64,000 nucleotides of DNA from Felis catus. Taxonomy: Eukaryota. A program made the translations under genes and the position numbers. Positions 13,664-26,190 of this stretch are shown here, in pieces; position 1 is the stretch's first letter, and the number at the start of each line of letters is the position of its first letter. Location: the NCBI RefSeq assembly GCF_018350175.1, contig NC_058383.1:5458001-5522000 (forward strand), read 5' to 3'. The notes under the pieces are model-generated. The model saw only the letters and a list, made by a program, of their open reading frames with translations. It ran no database searches and was not told the DNA's origin.

Positions 13664-14499
13664 TAGAAGCAAAAGCCTTCAAAAAAGAAGGCTTTACAGA
13701 TGTTTTAACCTTTAACACTATTTTTACACCCAGTACTCTTTATTTCATTTTTACACAAAATTTTACAAAGAGTCAACTATAACATCCATGCGTACGTGAA
13801 GTGTGCAGGTCCCGTGTACAGCTTACTGAAAGAATCGCAAAGTGATCACATCTCTGTGACCGGCCAGCCCCTCTCCTGGCCACTTCTCTCTTTTCTCCTC
13901 CCAAAGATAATCGCTGTCCTGCTGTCTAACATCATAGCTGAGTTTTCGGACTTCATGTGAGTGGGATATATTGGATGGATGGTTTCATCTTGCTGACACG
14001 TGTCAACACAGGGCACACTGATTCTCCAGGGCCAGCAGCCTCACCAGCCCCTTCTTCAGACTCTGTCTCCTGGACCACCTACCTGTCTAGCTCATCACAT
14101 ACCTGTCAGACACCCTGGTCACTGAAGTTGGAAGCGCAAGATGACAAAAGGTGGGTGGGGGCTGTTTTATGGCCGTGGGGCAAGATGGGTGTTGGCCCAG
14201 GGTGTACCCCAAGCAGCAAATTCCTTGTCAGTCTGGAGCTTTGCCAGGCGGGAGCTTGAAGGGGTGGGGGGCACTGGTATCCTAGGGACATGCCCGGGAG
14301 TGTTAGAAACCAAGTCTTTCAGGGCAGGGGAGGGGGGAGGGGGAATGGGTGAGGAGGGTAGGGGGCTGACGGTACGGATGGTGCGGGAAGTTTGCAGCTC
14401 TCACAGGTCAAGGCTGAGGCCTGGTCCAGAGCGGGGCTCAGAGAACCTGCCTAGTGGGGACAGTGGAAGCTCAGATTTGGAAATTTCCCTTGGGGGACT

Positions 14500-14680
14500 T
14501 CAGTCTGTCTCCTTGGCCGGAATAAACCCTAACCGTGAGTACGACAGCTCTCGGTGAGTCCTGTGAACCCTTCTAGAGAATGATCTAGAAGCTGAGGGTG
14601 GTTTGGGGGAGCCACTCAGACTCGTAATTGGTGTCCGAAGTGAGGGTGGTCCCCGGGGACCTTTCCCTGTGACTTTGTAG
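14500..14680 (+). mobile_element. MER21-like LTR 3' fragment
   Basis: aataaaccctaaccgtgagtac...gctgagggtggt...ttggtgtccgaagtgagggtggtc. Confidence 0.7.
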
Positions 14681-14716
14681 TGGGCCAAGCTCCTGGCGCC
14701 CCATCTTTGTGGGTGC

Positions 14717-15466
14717 TGTTGATGGGGTTTGGGGGTGATGGTGGGGTTCGTGGGGTCTGGAGCCGACAGCCAAGAAAGAATTCTTGAAGACATCTTTGGT
14801 GCAAAAAAGGGATTTTATAAAAGCACGGGAACAGGACCCGTGGGCAGAAAGAGCTGCGTCTGGGTTGCGCAGAGTGACTGGTTATATCCTGTGGGGGTGG
14901 AGGAGATACAGTCAAGAGGAAGTTTCTTTTTTTTTTTTTTTTTTAATTTAAAAAAAAATTTTTTTTTTCAACGTTTATTTATTTTTGGGACAGAGAGAGA
15001 CAGAGCATGAACGGGGGAGGGGAAGAGAGAGAGGGAGACACAGAATCGGAAACAGGCTCCAGGCTCTGAGCCATCAGCCCAGAGCCCGACGCGGGGCTCG
15101 AACTCACGGACCGCGAGATCGTGACCTGGCTGAAGTCGGACGCTTAACCGACTGCGCCACCCAGGCGCCCCAGGAGGAAGTTTCTTAAAGGGGTTTCCAT
15201 ATGCTAGGGAGGATTTACAGATCACCGGAGGGCTAGTACTGTCCAGCTAAGGTTGTTTTTCCCTCCAGCAAACATTAGCATTAAGACAGTAGGGAGTTTC
15301 TGCTTTGTAAACTGATGGAGACTGTCAGTTTAACCATTTGTTTTCCATTCTTTCCTTTGCTCTGGGGCAGCCAGAAGTGCCTGAGGGGCATCACATATGT
15401 CCCACCTGGGGGGAGGGGGTCGTGCTAGCTTGTGCTTGGTCCTCAGCTTGCCTTATGTTCCCTCCA
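14717..15466 (-). mobile_element. Carnivore ERV1-type solo LTR interrupted by a SINE
   Basis: Minus strand starts TGGAGGGAACATAAGGCAAGCTGAGG, ends ...CCCCATCAACA (TG...CA). Confidence 0.75.
14927..15171 (-). mobile_element. Young Can-SINE
   Basis: CpG-intact; TSD gaggaagtttctt. Confidence 0.97.
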
Positions 15467-16736
15467 CGCTGGGTCATGCGTCGCGGGTGTCGCCCGGCAG
15501 GGTGTGGGGCTGGGAGCATTGTCACTGCCGCGAGGTCCTTAGGCCGGGGCCTGGTGACCACCTGGCCGCTCTGGACACACGCTCTGCTGACCACAAGCAG
15601 TGATTGGTACCTGCTGCTGCTGTCCGTGCGTCTTGCGGATGGAATTCGGAGGGTCCCCATCCTGCTGTTCTCCATCTCACCCACACTGGCCTCTTCCAAG
15701 GACACGGATTCAGTGGTGCCCATAGAGAAAACTCCGGATGTTCCAAGCCTGGGCCGCTCTGTGGGGGAAGAAGCCTCGCTCTTCACATGGGGCTGCTCAG
15801 CTTCCAGACAGTTCCGCTGGCTCAGCATCCCCCCACTCCCCTCCCTGTGGTCTCTTCTTTTTACTGACTTCTCTCACCACACTCTATTTCCAGTGGATAG
15901 ATCTGGACTGAAACCCCAATCTGGGGCTAAATGTCATAGTTTTGGGAGCCAAGTCCATGCTAAAAAGAGTCTCCTAAGGATAGGATATAGGATTGCAAAT
16001 ACCAAATTCACGTGATTTTGTAAAAAATACCACATTACTCTTTCCTCCATACGATGCCCTTTTGTCCATAACCTCTGACAACATAGACAAGTCAACATAA
16101 TGTCATCAAGAACATCAATCTGTTAAAAAAAATATATGGAAATCCGTATTTCCAGGTCTATGGACGTTCTGCATGTTCTTTCTACCCCCCTCCCACCTCG
16201 TTTGAAACTTAATTCCACAAAAAGAGTAAGGTATTTTCTCTCCTTATTCATTGTAATATCCGCCGAACAAATGTTCAAATGTCTCAGAATCATTGAGAAA
16301 AGGAAAAAAAACCCACGCAAGTGTGAATAACTGAGATTCAGCACGTGTGCACAGAAAGCAGTCATTTCGGATCTGAGGGGAGACAGGATGCACACGTGTG
16401 CTGTGTATCTCACCGAGCCTCAGTGCAAACAGTGATCGGTTATATGCATGTATCTGCCACCTGTGAGTTGTAAAAGATTTATTTATGAAATGTTACATCT
16501 GGTTCTAAGTATTAATAACCCCTTGAGGCCGATGGTGGCAATTAACCACGTGGGTAGTATACACACATGTGTTTCTAAAAACTGAAGCTTTGCAAATCTC
16601 CCCCTGGGTCTCAAAGAAGCCTCCATAATGCACACGGGAGTGCAGAAAGGGCTGGAAGAGAGAGGGTGCCGTGAAGGGTTCCTTAAGGACTTGGTTTGGA
16701 CCAAGGCTGTTAAGAACCTCCTTCATGGTGGGGGGC

Positions 16737-16928
16737 GGGGCCTGGGTGGCTCAGTCAGTTAAACATCTGACATCGGCTCGGGTCATGATCTTGCGGTTCG
16801 TGAGTTCGAGCCCCACATCAGGCTCTGTGCTGACCGCCTGGAGTCGGCTTCAGCTTCTGTGTCTCCCTCTCTCTCTGCCTCTCTGCCGTTCTCTCTCTCA
16901 AAAATAAATAGACATTAAAAAAATAATT
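16737..16928 (+). mobile_element. Can-SINE whose tail is the L1 insertion target
   Basis: Head/body; tail runs into the L1 5' end. Confidence 0.9.
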
Positions 16929-18300
16929 ACAGATCAACATTAAACCATCCTGCACACTAGAAAACTGATCTGAGGATTAACACAACAATCTGCACAACTT
17001 GAACCACAGAACTCAGCAAGTATGCGGTGCAGAGAGGTGAACTGGGGGAGAGAGAAGGCACGGAGGGGAGGGAGCTGTTTTTGCTTGTGGAGAGAGGACA
17101 GGGACGGGGGTTAGATAGAATACGGGAAAAGCAACCCCCCCACACACACACACACAAAAGCAGCTGGAGAGAAGGTGGAAAAGTGGAAACAACTGCAGGG
17201 ACTGAACAAAAAAGAGAGAAAGGAGAAAGGAGAGGGTTTAAATTCCATTAAGACTCTATAAACAGGGGGAGTGCAGAGTCTGAAACTCCACAGCTCAATA
17301 CCCAGCGGTGCTCTGGTGAGAAGGGTGAATCCTCAGGAGCACAGTGGGGACCAGGGGTCTTTAGGCCACATGTGGAGAGGTGGTTCCCCTGCTGGGAGGC
17401 AATTGGGTAAAGGCTGTGCAGCCACCCCACAGGCAAACCTCACAGCAGACCCTGGAGATCAACCACATTCTCTGGTGCTGGAACAAGGTCATCGGGGTTG
17501 AAGCCTGGTGCCAGATGCGTGTTGTGATTTTCCATAGTCCCTGAAACACTGCCGCTACACGATCACGTGAACTTTCTCTGGGGCGGGCTGGCACCTGGCC
17601 GCAGTCTTTGGGTTTCGGTCCTACAGATGTTCCTGGGTGTGGCCAGCACTGGCCATTGCTCGTGAGACCCTCTTTCAGAGGGGCGGAGTGGGTCAAAGCT
17701 GCAGTCCCTCAGAAGTGAGGGGTCAGGAAACACAGCCACATCTGAGATAAAACTAAGGAAGGAGGTGCCACCTGGCAACCTGATGGCTTGGTCACGGACA
17801 GTGTAAAAGCGGGGAGTGGATGGAAGCCAGAGAGAAAGGACGGCTGCATGATTGCTGATGGGGGAGAACAGAGTTCTGATATGAGAGACTGGGTAGCTGG
17901 GTGACGCCATTTTCACCACTCCCACGCATGCGCATACGCACCCACAAGCACCACAACAATCCACCCCAGCAAGCCAAGCAGCTCCATCTAGTGGAGAATG
18001 GAGCTGTTACACTAAGCCCCGCCCAACTGGGCCAACCTCACTCTTCAGGAACACAAGTCTCTCCACCTGCTTAGTTTACAGACTATAAAGTGCTTCAGAG
18101 TTTGACTTCTAGGAGAAAACGATATAATTTCAATCGTATTTCAGTCTGTTCATTGGTCCATCTATTCAATTTTCTTTTTTTTCTTTTTCATTTCTTTTCT
18201 TTTTTTTGAATACAGAAAGGGAAAAAAAATTTATTTTCAATTTTTACTAAAAATATTTTTATTTAATTTTTTTCTAATATACTTGTTATGTTTTTATAAA

Positions 18301-18516
18301 TTAAAAAAATTGTTTAATGTTTATTTATTTTTGAGAGAGAGAGACAGAGCGTGAGTGGGGAAGGAGCAGAGAGAAAGGAAGACACAGAATCCAAAGCAGG
18401 GTCCATGCTCTGAGCTGTCAGCACAGAGCCCTATGTGGGGCTCAAACCCATGAACCATGGGATCATGACCTGAGCTGAAGTCGGACGCTTAACCAACTGA
18501 GCCACCCAGGTGCCCC
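18301..18516 (-). mobile_element. Can-SINE inside the L1 5'UTR
   Basis: Reverse-complement SINE in the T-rich UTR segment. Confidence 0.93.
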
Positions 18517-18697
18517 ACATTTTTGTGAATTTTTAAAAGTATATTTTACTTCCATCATCTCATTTTATTCTATTTCATTGTATTAATTTTTTCAAATTTT
18601 CAAATGTTTTCCTTCCCTCCCCCCTTTTTCTCTAATCTATCGAGCTCCTTTCAACATCCAGACCAAAACACACCTAGGATCTAGCATCGTTTATTTG

Positions 18698-18700
<3 letters not shown>

Positions 18701-18744
<44 letters not shown>
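18701..18744. repeat. (TG)n microsatellite
   Basis: About 22 TG units, 60 bp upstream of L1 ORF1. Confidence 0.97.
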
Positions 18745-18745
<1 letters not shown>

Positions 18746-18805
18746 TGTTTTTAATTTTTTAATTTTAATTCTTTTGACCTTATTAATTCCTTTTCTTCCT
18801 TCAAA

Positions 18806-19677
18806 ATGACAAAACGAAGGAACTGACCCCAAAAGAAAGAGCAGGAAGAAACGACAGCCAGAGACTTAATCAACACAGATACAAGCAAGATGTCTGAACC
18901 AGAATTTAGAATCACAATAATAAGAATACTAGCTGGGGTCAAAGATAGATTAGAATCCCTTTCTGCGGAGATAAAAGAAGTAAAAGCTAGTCAGGATGAA
19001 ATAAAAAATGCTATAGCTGAGCTGCAATCTCAAATGCATGCCATGGCAGCAAGGATGGATGAGACAGATCGGTGAATCAGTGATACAGAGAACAAACTTA
19101 TGGAAAATAATGAAGCAGGAAAAAAGAGGGAGACTAAGGCAAAAGATGTTTTAAGAATTAGAGAAATCAGTGACTCATTAAAAAGGAACATCAGAATCAT
19201 GGGGTCCCAGAAGATGAAGAGAAAGAAAAAAGGGTAGAAGGGTTATATGAGTAAATCATAGTGGAAAACTCCTAACCTGGGGAAAGTCACAGACATCAAA
19301 ATCCAGGAAGCACAGAGGACTCCCATTAGATTCAACAAAAACCGACCATCAACAAGGCATATCAGAGTCAAATTCACAAAATACTCAGGCAAGGAAAGAA
19401 TCATGAAAGCAGCAAGGGAAAAAAGGTCCTTAACCTACAAGGGAAGACAGATCAGGTTTGCAGCAGACTTATCCACAGAAACTTGGTAGGCCAGAAAGGA
19501 GTGGTAGGATATATTCGATGTGCTGAATCAGAAAAATATGCAGCCAAGAATTCTTTAGCAAGCAAGGCTGTCATTTAAAATAAAAGGAGAGATTAAAAGT
19601 TTCCCAGACAAACCAAAATTAAAGGAGTTCGTGACCACTAAACCAGCCTGCAAGAAATTTTAAGGGGGACTCTCTGA
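18806..19677 (+). pseudogene. L1 ORF1p remnant
   Basis: MTKRRN*PQKKEQEE...MSEPEFRITIIRILAG...; in-frame stops and frameshifts. Confidence 0.92.
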
Positions 19678-19780
19678 GGAGAGAAAAGATGAGGAAAAAA
19701 AAAAAAAAAAGACCAAAAGCAACAAAGACTAGAAAGGACCAGAGAACGCCACCAGAAACTCCAACTCTACAAGAAACATA

Positions 19781-22700
19781 ATGGCAATAAATTCATATCT
19801 TTCAGTATTCACTCTAAACATCAATGGACTAAATGCTCCAATCAAAAGACGTAGGGTAACAGATGGATAAGAAAACAAGATCCATCTATATGCTGTTTAC
19901 AAGAGACCCACTTTAAACCTAAATACACCTTCAGATTGAGAGTAAGGGGATGGAGAACCATCCATCATGCTAATGGTCGACAAAAGAAAGCCAGAGTTGC
20001 CATACTTACATCAGACAATTTAGGCTTTAAAATACAGGCTGTAACAAGAGATAAAGAAGAGCATTATATCATAATTAAGGGGTCTATCCACCAAGAAGAC
20101 CTAAAAATTGTAAACATTCATGCTCCAAATGTGAAAGCACCCAAATATATAAATCAATTCATCACAAGTATAAAGAAACTCACTGATAATAGTACCATAA
20201 TAGTAGGGGACTTCAACACCTCACTTACAGCAATGGACATCTAAACAGAAAATCAACAAGGAAACAATGGCTTTGAATGACACACTGGACTGGATGGACT
20301 TAACAGGTATATTCAGAACATTTCATCCTAAAGCAGCAGAATATACATTCTTCTCCGGTGCACATGGAATTTTCTCCAGAATAGATCACATACTGGGACA
20401 CAAATCAGCCCTCGACAAGTACAAAAAGATCAAGATCACACTGTGCATATTCTCAGACCACAACGCTATGAAACTTGAAATCAACCACAAGAAAAAAAAA
20501 AATTAGGAAAGGTAAAAAATGCCTGGAGACCAAAGAACATCCTACTAAAGAATGAATTGGTTAAACAAGAAGTTAAAGAGGAAATTAAAAAGTACATGGA
20601 AGCCAATGAAAATGATAACATCACAGTCTAAAACCTCTGGGACGCAGCAAAGGCAGTCATAAGAGGAAAGTATAGAGCAAGCCAGGCCTTCCTAAGGAAG
20701 GAAGAAAGGTCTCAGATACACCACCTAACCTTACACCTTAAAGAGCTGGAAAAAGAACAGCAAATAAAACCCCAAACCAGCAGAAGACAGGAAATAATAA
20801 AGATTAGAGCAGAAATCAATGCTATCAAAACAAAAACAAAAAACAAACAAACAAAACCAACCCCCCCCCCAAAAAAAAACAAAAAAAAACCCAGTAGAAC
20901 AGATCAATGAAACCAGAAGCTGGTTTCAAAATTGATAAACAAAATTGATAAACCACTAGCCAGTTTGATCAAAAAGAAAAAGGAAAGGACCCAAATAAAT
21001 AAAATCAAGAATGAAGGAGGAGAGATCACAACCAACACAGCAGAAATAAAAACAATAATAAGAGAATATTATGAGCAATTATATGCCAATAAAATGGGCA
21101 ATCTGGAAGAAATGGACAAATTTCTAGAAACATATAAACTACCAAAACTGAAACAGGAAGAAATAGAAAATTTGAACAGACCCATTACCAGTAAGGAAAT
21201 CAAATTAGTAATCAAAAATCTCCCAAAAAACAAGACTCCAGGGCCAGATGGCTTTCTAGGGGAATTCTACCAAACATTTAAGGAAGAGTTAACATCTATT
21301 CTCTTGAAGATGTTCCAAAAAATAGAAATGGAAGGAAAACTTCCAATTTTTTTCTATGAAGCCAGCATTACCTTCATTCCCAAACCAGACAAAGACCCCA
21401 CTAAAAAGGAGAACTATAGACCAATTTCCCTGATGAACATGGATGCAAAAATCCTCAACAAGATATTACCCAACCAGATCCAAAAATCCATTTAAAAAAA
21501 TTATTCACCACAACCAAGTGGGATTTATACCTGGGATGCAGGGCTGGTTCAATATCTGCAAAACTATCAGTGTGATTCATCACATCAATAAAAGAAGAGA
21601 CAAGAACCACATGATCCTCTCAATAGATGCAGAGAAAACATTTGACAAAATACAGCATCCTTTCTTGATACACAGCATCAAGAAAGTAGGGATAGAAGGA
21701 TCATACCTCGAGATCATAAAAGCCATATCTTTTGGGGAAAGACCCACCACTAATATCATCTTCAATGGGGAAAAACTGAGAGCTTTCGCCTAAAGTCAGG
21801 AACAAGACAGAGATGTCCACTCTTGCCACTGTTATTCAACATACTATTGGAAGTCTTAGACTCAGCAATCAGACAACACAAAGAAATAAAAAGCATCCAA
21901 ATTGGCCAGGAGGCAGTCAAGCTTTTACTCTTTGCAGATGACATGATACTCTATATGGAAAACCCAAAAGATTCCACCAAAAAACTGCTAGAACTGATCC
22001 GTGAATTCAGCAAAGTTGCAGGGTATAAAATCAATGCACAGAAATTGGTTGCATTCCTATACACCAACAATGAAGCAACAGAAAGAGAAATCAAGGAATC
22101 AATCCCATTTACAATTGCACCAAAAACCATAAAATACCTAAGAATAAATCCAATCAAACAGGTGAAAAAGCTATATGCAGAAAACTATAGAAAGCTTATG
22201 AAAAAAATTGAAGAAGACACACAAAAAAATGGAAAAATATTCCATAATCCTGGATAGAAAGAACAAATATTGTTAAAATGTCAACACTGCCCAAAGAAAT
22301 CTACATATTCAATGCAATACCTATCAAAATAACACCAACATTCTTCACAGAACTAGAACAAACAATCCTAAAATTTGTATGGAACCAGAAAAGACTCTGA
22401 ATAGACAAAGCAATCTTGAAAAAGAAAACCAAAGCAGGAAACATCACAATCTCGGACTTCACGCTGTATTACAAAGCCGTAATCATCAAGACAGTATGGT
22501 ACTGGCACAAAAACAGACACAGAATAGAGAACCCAGAAATGGACCCACAAACGTATGGCCAACTAATCTTTGACAAAGCAGGAAAGAATATCCAATGGAA
22601 TAAAGACAGTCTCTTCAGCAAATGGTGCTGGGAAAACTGGACAGTGACATGCAGAAAAATGAACCTGGACCACTTTCTTACACCAGACACAAAAATAAAC

Positions 22701-23623
22701 TCAAAATAGATGAAAGACCTAAACATAAGACAGGAAGCCATCAAAATTCTCGAGGAGACAGCAGGCAAAAACCTCTTTGACCTTGGCTGCAGCAACTTCT
22801 TACTCAATATGTCTCTGCAGGCAAAGGAAACAAAACCAAAAAATGAACTATTGGGACCTCATCAAAATGCAAACTTCTGAATAGCAAAGGAAACAATCAG
22901 CAAAACTAAAAGGCAACCAATGGAATGGGAGAAAACATTTGCAAACAACATATCAGATAAAGGGTTAGTATCCAAAATCTATAAAGAATTTATCAAACTC
23001 AACACCCAAAAAACAAATAATCCAGTGAAGAAATGGGCAAAAGACATGAATAGACACTTGTCCAAAGAAGACATCCCGGTGGCCGACTGACACATGAAAA
23101 AATGTTGAACATCACTCATCATCAGGGAAATACAACTCAAAACCATAGTGAGATATCACCTCATACCTGTCAGAATGGCTAACATTAACAACTCAGGCAA
23201 CAACAGATGTTGGTGAGGATGCGGAAAAAGAGGATTTCTTTGGCACTGCTGGTGGGAATGCAAACTGGTGCAGCTGCTCCAGGAAACAGTATGGAGGCTC
23301 CTCAAAAAATTAAAAATATAGAACTACCCTACGAGCCAGCAATTGCACTACTAGGTATCTATCTAAGGGATACAGGTGTGCTGTTTCAAAAGGGCACATG
23401 CACCCCAATGTTTATAGCAGCACTATCGACAATAGCCAAAGGATGGAAAGAGCCCAAATGCCCATCGATGGATGAACGGATAAAGAAGATGTGGTCTATA
23501 TATACAATGGAGTATTACTCGGCCATCAAAAAGAATGAAATCTTGCCATCTGCAACTACGTGGATGGAACTGGAGGGTATTATGCTAAGTGAAATGAGTC
23601 AGAGAAAGACAAAAATCATATAA
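19781..23623 (+). pseudogene. L1 ORF2p remnant (APE endonuclease, reverse transcriptase, C-terminal domain)
   Basis: [46 protein letters not shown] in broken frames. Confidence 0.97.
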
Positions 23624-24864
23624 CTTCACTCATATGAGGACTTTAAGAGACAAAACAGATGAACATAAGGAAAGGGAAATAAAAATAATATAAAAACAGG
23701 GAGGGGGACAAAACAGAAGAGACTCATAAACATGGAGAACAAACTGAGGGTTTCTGGAGGGGTTGTGGGAGGGGGGATGGGCTAAATGGGGAAGGGGTGC
23801 TAAGGAATCTACTCCTGAGATCCTTGTTGCAACATATGCTAACTAACTTGGATGTAAATTTAAAAAATAAATCAAATAAAAAAATAATTTAAAAAAGTAC
23901 AATAAGATGTTATTTCTGGGGAGGATGAGGGTTGACATCGCTGCCCAAGGGCCACTACAGTCCCCTTTGATTAATAATTATTGTTCTCACGTCTGTAACT
24001 TCAACCCAGAGAATATTTTCCCCTCACCCTGTAGGTGGGCCCTGTGGCCACCCTGTTGAGAGCAGAGCAGTGGTGAATCTGGTCACCACAGTAGTGGCTG
24101 GAAAAATCCCCCATGGAGAGCGTGGAAGTTAGTGCCCCCAAGCAACAGAACCCCAGAGTAGCGGGCGTTGACTTGCCAAAAGCCGCCCACACTGGCTGGT
24201 TGGGGCTCCATGAAAAAGCAGATTGTATTAGGACATTGGTGAGTCTTGAACGCCCGGAAAGGTGACAAGGACATGGCTGGGAAAACAGGAATAGGAGAGC
24301 GTCTTCCCTCTAGGATTCGCTTGAAAAGACAGATGCTCTATGTAAATGAGAGGTTCGCTGCCCTCTTGTTCACACGCTGGGCGCAGTGATTCTGAAGGGC
24401 AGAGCGAGTAAATCCGAGGGAAATTCTACCTGGAGCTGAACTCGGGGGGAATAGAGATTACGTTACATCCAGTTCTCTGTTATCCTCCTCCTTAGGTCCG
24501 TTTTAGGCCTCTGTTTTCCGGTTTCCTTTTCCACTTCCGGTTTATGTTATCTTCCTCTACTATGCAAGGCATCGCGGATCCATTGCTGAATACGGTTGAG
24601 CCATTACCATGTAAGCAATGAAGCGACTCCTTAACAACTGCTCGGAGGCAGAGCTGGTACTACACCGACTCTCTGTCCATTCCCAGGCCACTGAATATAC
24701 CCATTTTATAGATGAGCCCACTGAGGCCCAGAGAAGCAGTCACTATCCTCCAGCTACGGTAATAACCGCTACCTTGAATCGGCTGCTTCTCTTGCTAACC
24801 GGCACTGTTCTGAGCGCTTCAGCTGCATGAACTTTTGCAACCCTCCAGAAAAGGAGGTGCCGTT

Positions 24865-25080
24865 GGGGCGCCCGGGTGGCTCGGTCAGTTGGGTGTCTGA
24901 CTTTAGCTCAGGTCACGACCTCACGGTTCATGACTTGGAGCCCCACGTCGGGCTGTGCACGGATAGTGTGGAGCCCGCTTGGGATTCTTTTTCTCTCTCC
25001 CTCTCTCCCTGCCCCTCCCCTGCAGGCGCTCTCTCTTTCTAGCCCTCAAAATAAATAAATAAACTTACAAAAAAATTAGA
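24865..25080 (+). mobile_element. Can-SINE
   Basis: TSD aaaaggaggtgc. Confidence 0.92.
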
Positions 25081-25340
25081 AAGGCAATTTTAAAAAAGGA
25101 GGTGCTGGTATTGTCCCTCTCTTTGCAATGAGGAAACCAAGGTAGGTCACTCAGCAGGAGGGAGCAGAGCTGGGATTGGAGTCTAAACAGTGTGGCTTCA
25201 ACGTGCCAACTCAAGCCTTTCGAGCGACAGCACAGAGTAGGGGGCAACGAACGTCAACGGAACAGACGGAGGGAACCGCACGGTCCCACCTGCCAGAGAT
25301 CTTTTCACTCAATGTCCCTCTGTGGTCTCTACCTTTCTCC

Positions 25341-25500
25341 TGTCGTCTTTATTTGGGTACCCCCCAAGGCGGACCCTGAGACAAGGACGGGGTGCAAGTG
25401 GTTTAGCCGGGAGCTGCCCCCAGGAATCCCAGCGAGGGAGTGACAGAGGGAGGAAGGCCAGCAAAGGTCAGAACCCAGAGGCCGGCGGGCCTCCGGGTGG
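25341..25500 (-). mobile_element. LTR33-like ERVL LTR fragment
   Basis: ggaccctgagacaagga...gtgcaagtggttta...ccaggaa. Confidence 0.6.
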
Positions 25501-26190
25501 GTGTGAAGGATGGGGAAAACACGTGACTGACTCCCGTTTTTGGCTCCAGCAGCGGGGACAAGACAGAAATTGGCATTTCGATTAGTCCTTACTGTTCTGC
25601 AAAATAAAGGTAGCTAGCTGCCCTTTGCACGTGGTTCTCAATCCACCGGCGTGGGGGGCCTTCGCAAATCAGTTTGAGAAGGAGCACGTGAAGGCCAGGA
25701 TAGGCAAGACTGGAGTGGAAGCAGGCAAGACGGAGGAGGTGTTTTCATAGACTCCGCAGAGAGTTCTCGCATGAAGCTGTAAGTTCGGGGGCTGGAGTTG
25801 AGAGGAGTTGTGAAGAGTGGATTCTCTTCAGTCATGAATGCATCGGGGACCAGGGCCGGGTCCCTGCTGCCTGGGGAACTGCTCAGTGATCGTCCCCCCG
25901 TCTCCCTGCTCAGAGGAGCCGTGGAACCCCAGGCGCACGTGGCCGGAAGGGCCCTCCGCTCTCAGGGGAGGGGGAGGACGAGAAGGTGGTAGCAGGGAGA
26001 AGCTGTTTCATTGGTGGGACTCTGGTCACGGGCTGACGGCCAAGCCAGGGCGGAGGCTTCTGAGCCTGAGCTTCCCTGAGCCCGAGCCTGGGATCACAGG
26101 AGAGTAGGATCTCTGCTCCGGGGAGAGGGCTGCCCGAAGCCGGCGGCCGGCCACCCGGGCTTGCCTAGAACATGACCTTTGACTGGGACC

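Larger units (their letters stand above)
16929..23877 (+). mobile_element. Near-full-length felid LINE-1, inactive
   Basis: GC-rich 5'UTR, ORF1, ORF2, G-rich 3'UTR, A tail; candidate TSD aaaaaaataatt (16917-16928 / 23878-23889). Confidence 0.97.

Noticed and set aside
19781..23623. L1 ORF2 fragments as a functional reverse transcriptase
   Set aside because: Multiple stops and frameshifts plus an A/C-run expansion
24034..24238. Plus-strand ctgtag|...|gtgagt exon candidate
   Set aside because: Stops in all three frames; no other support
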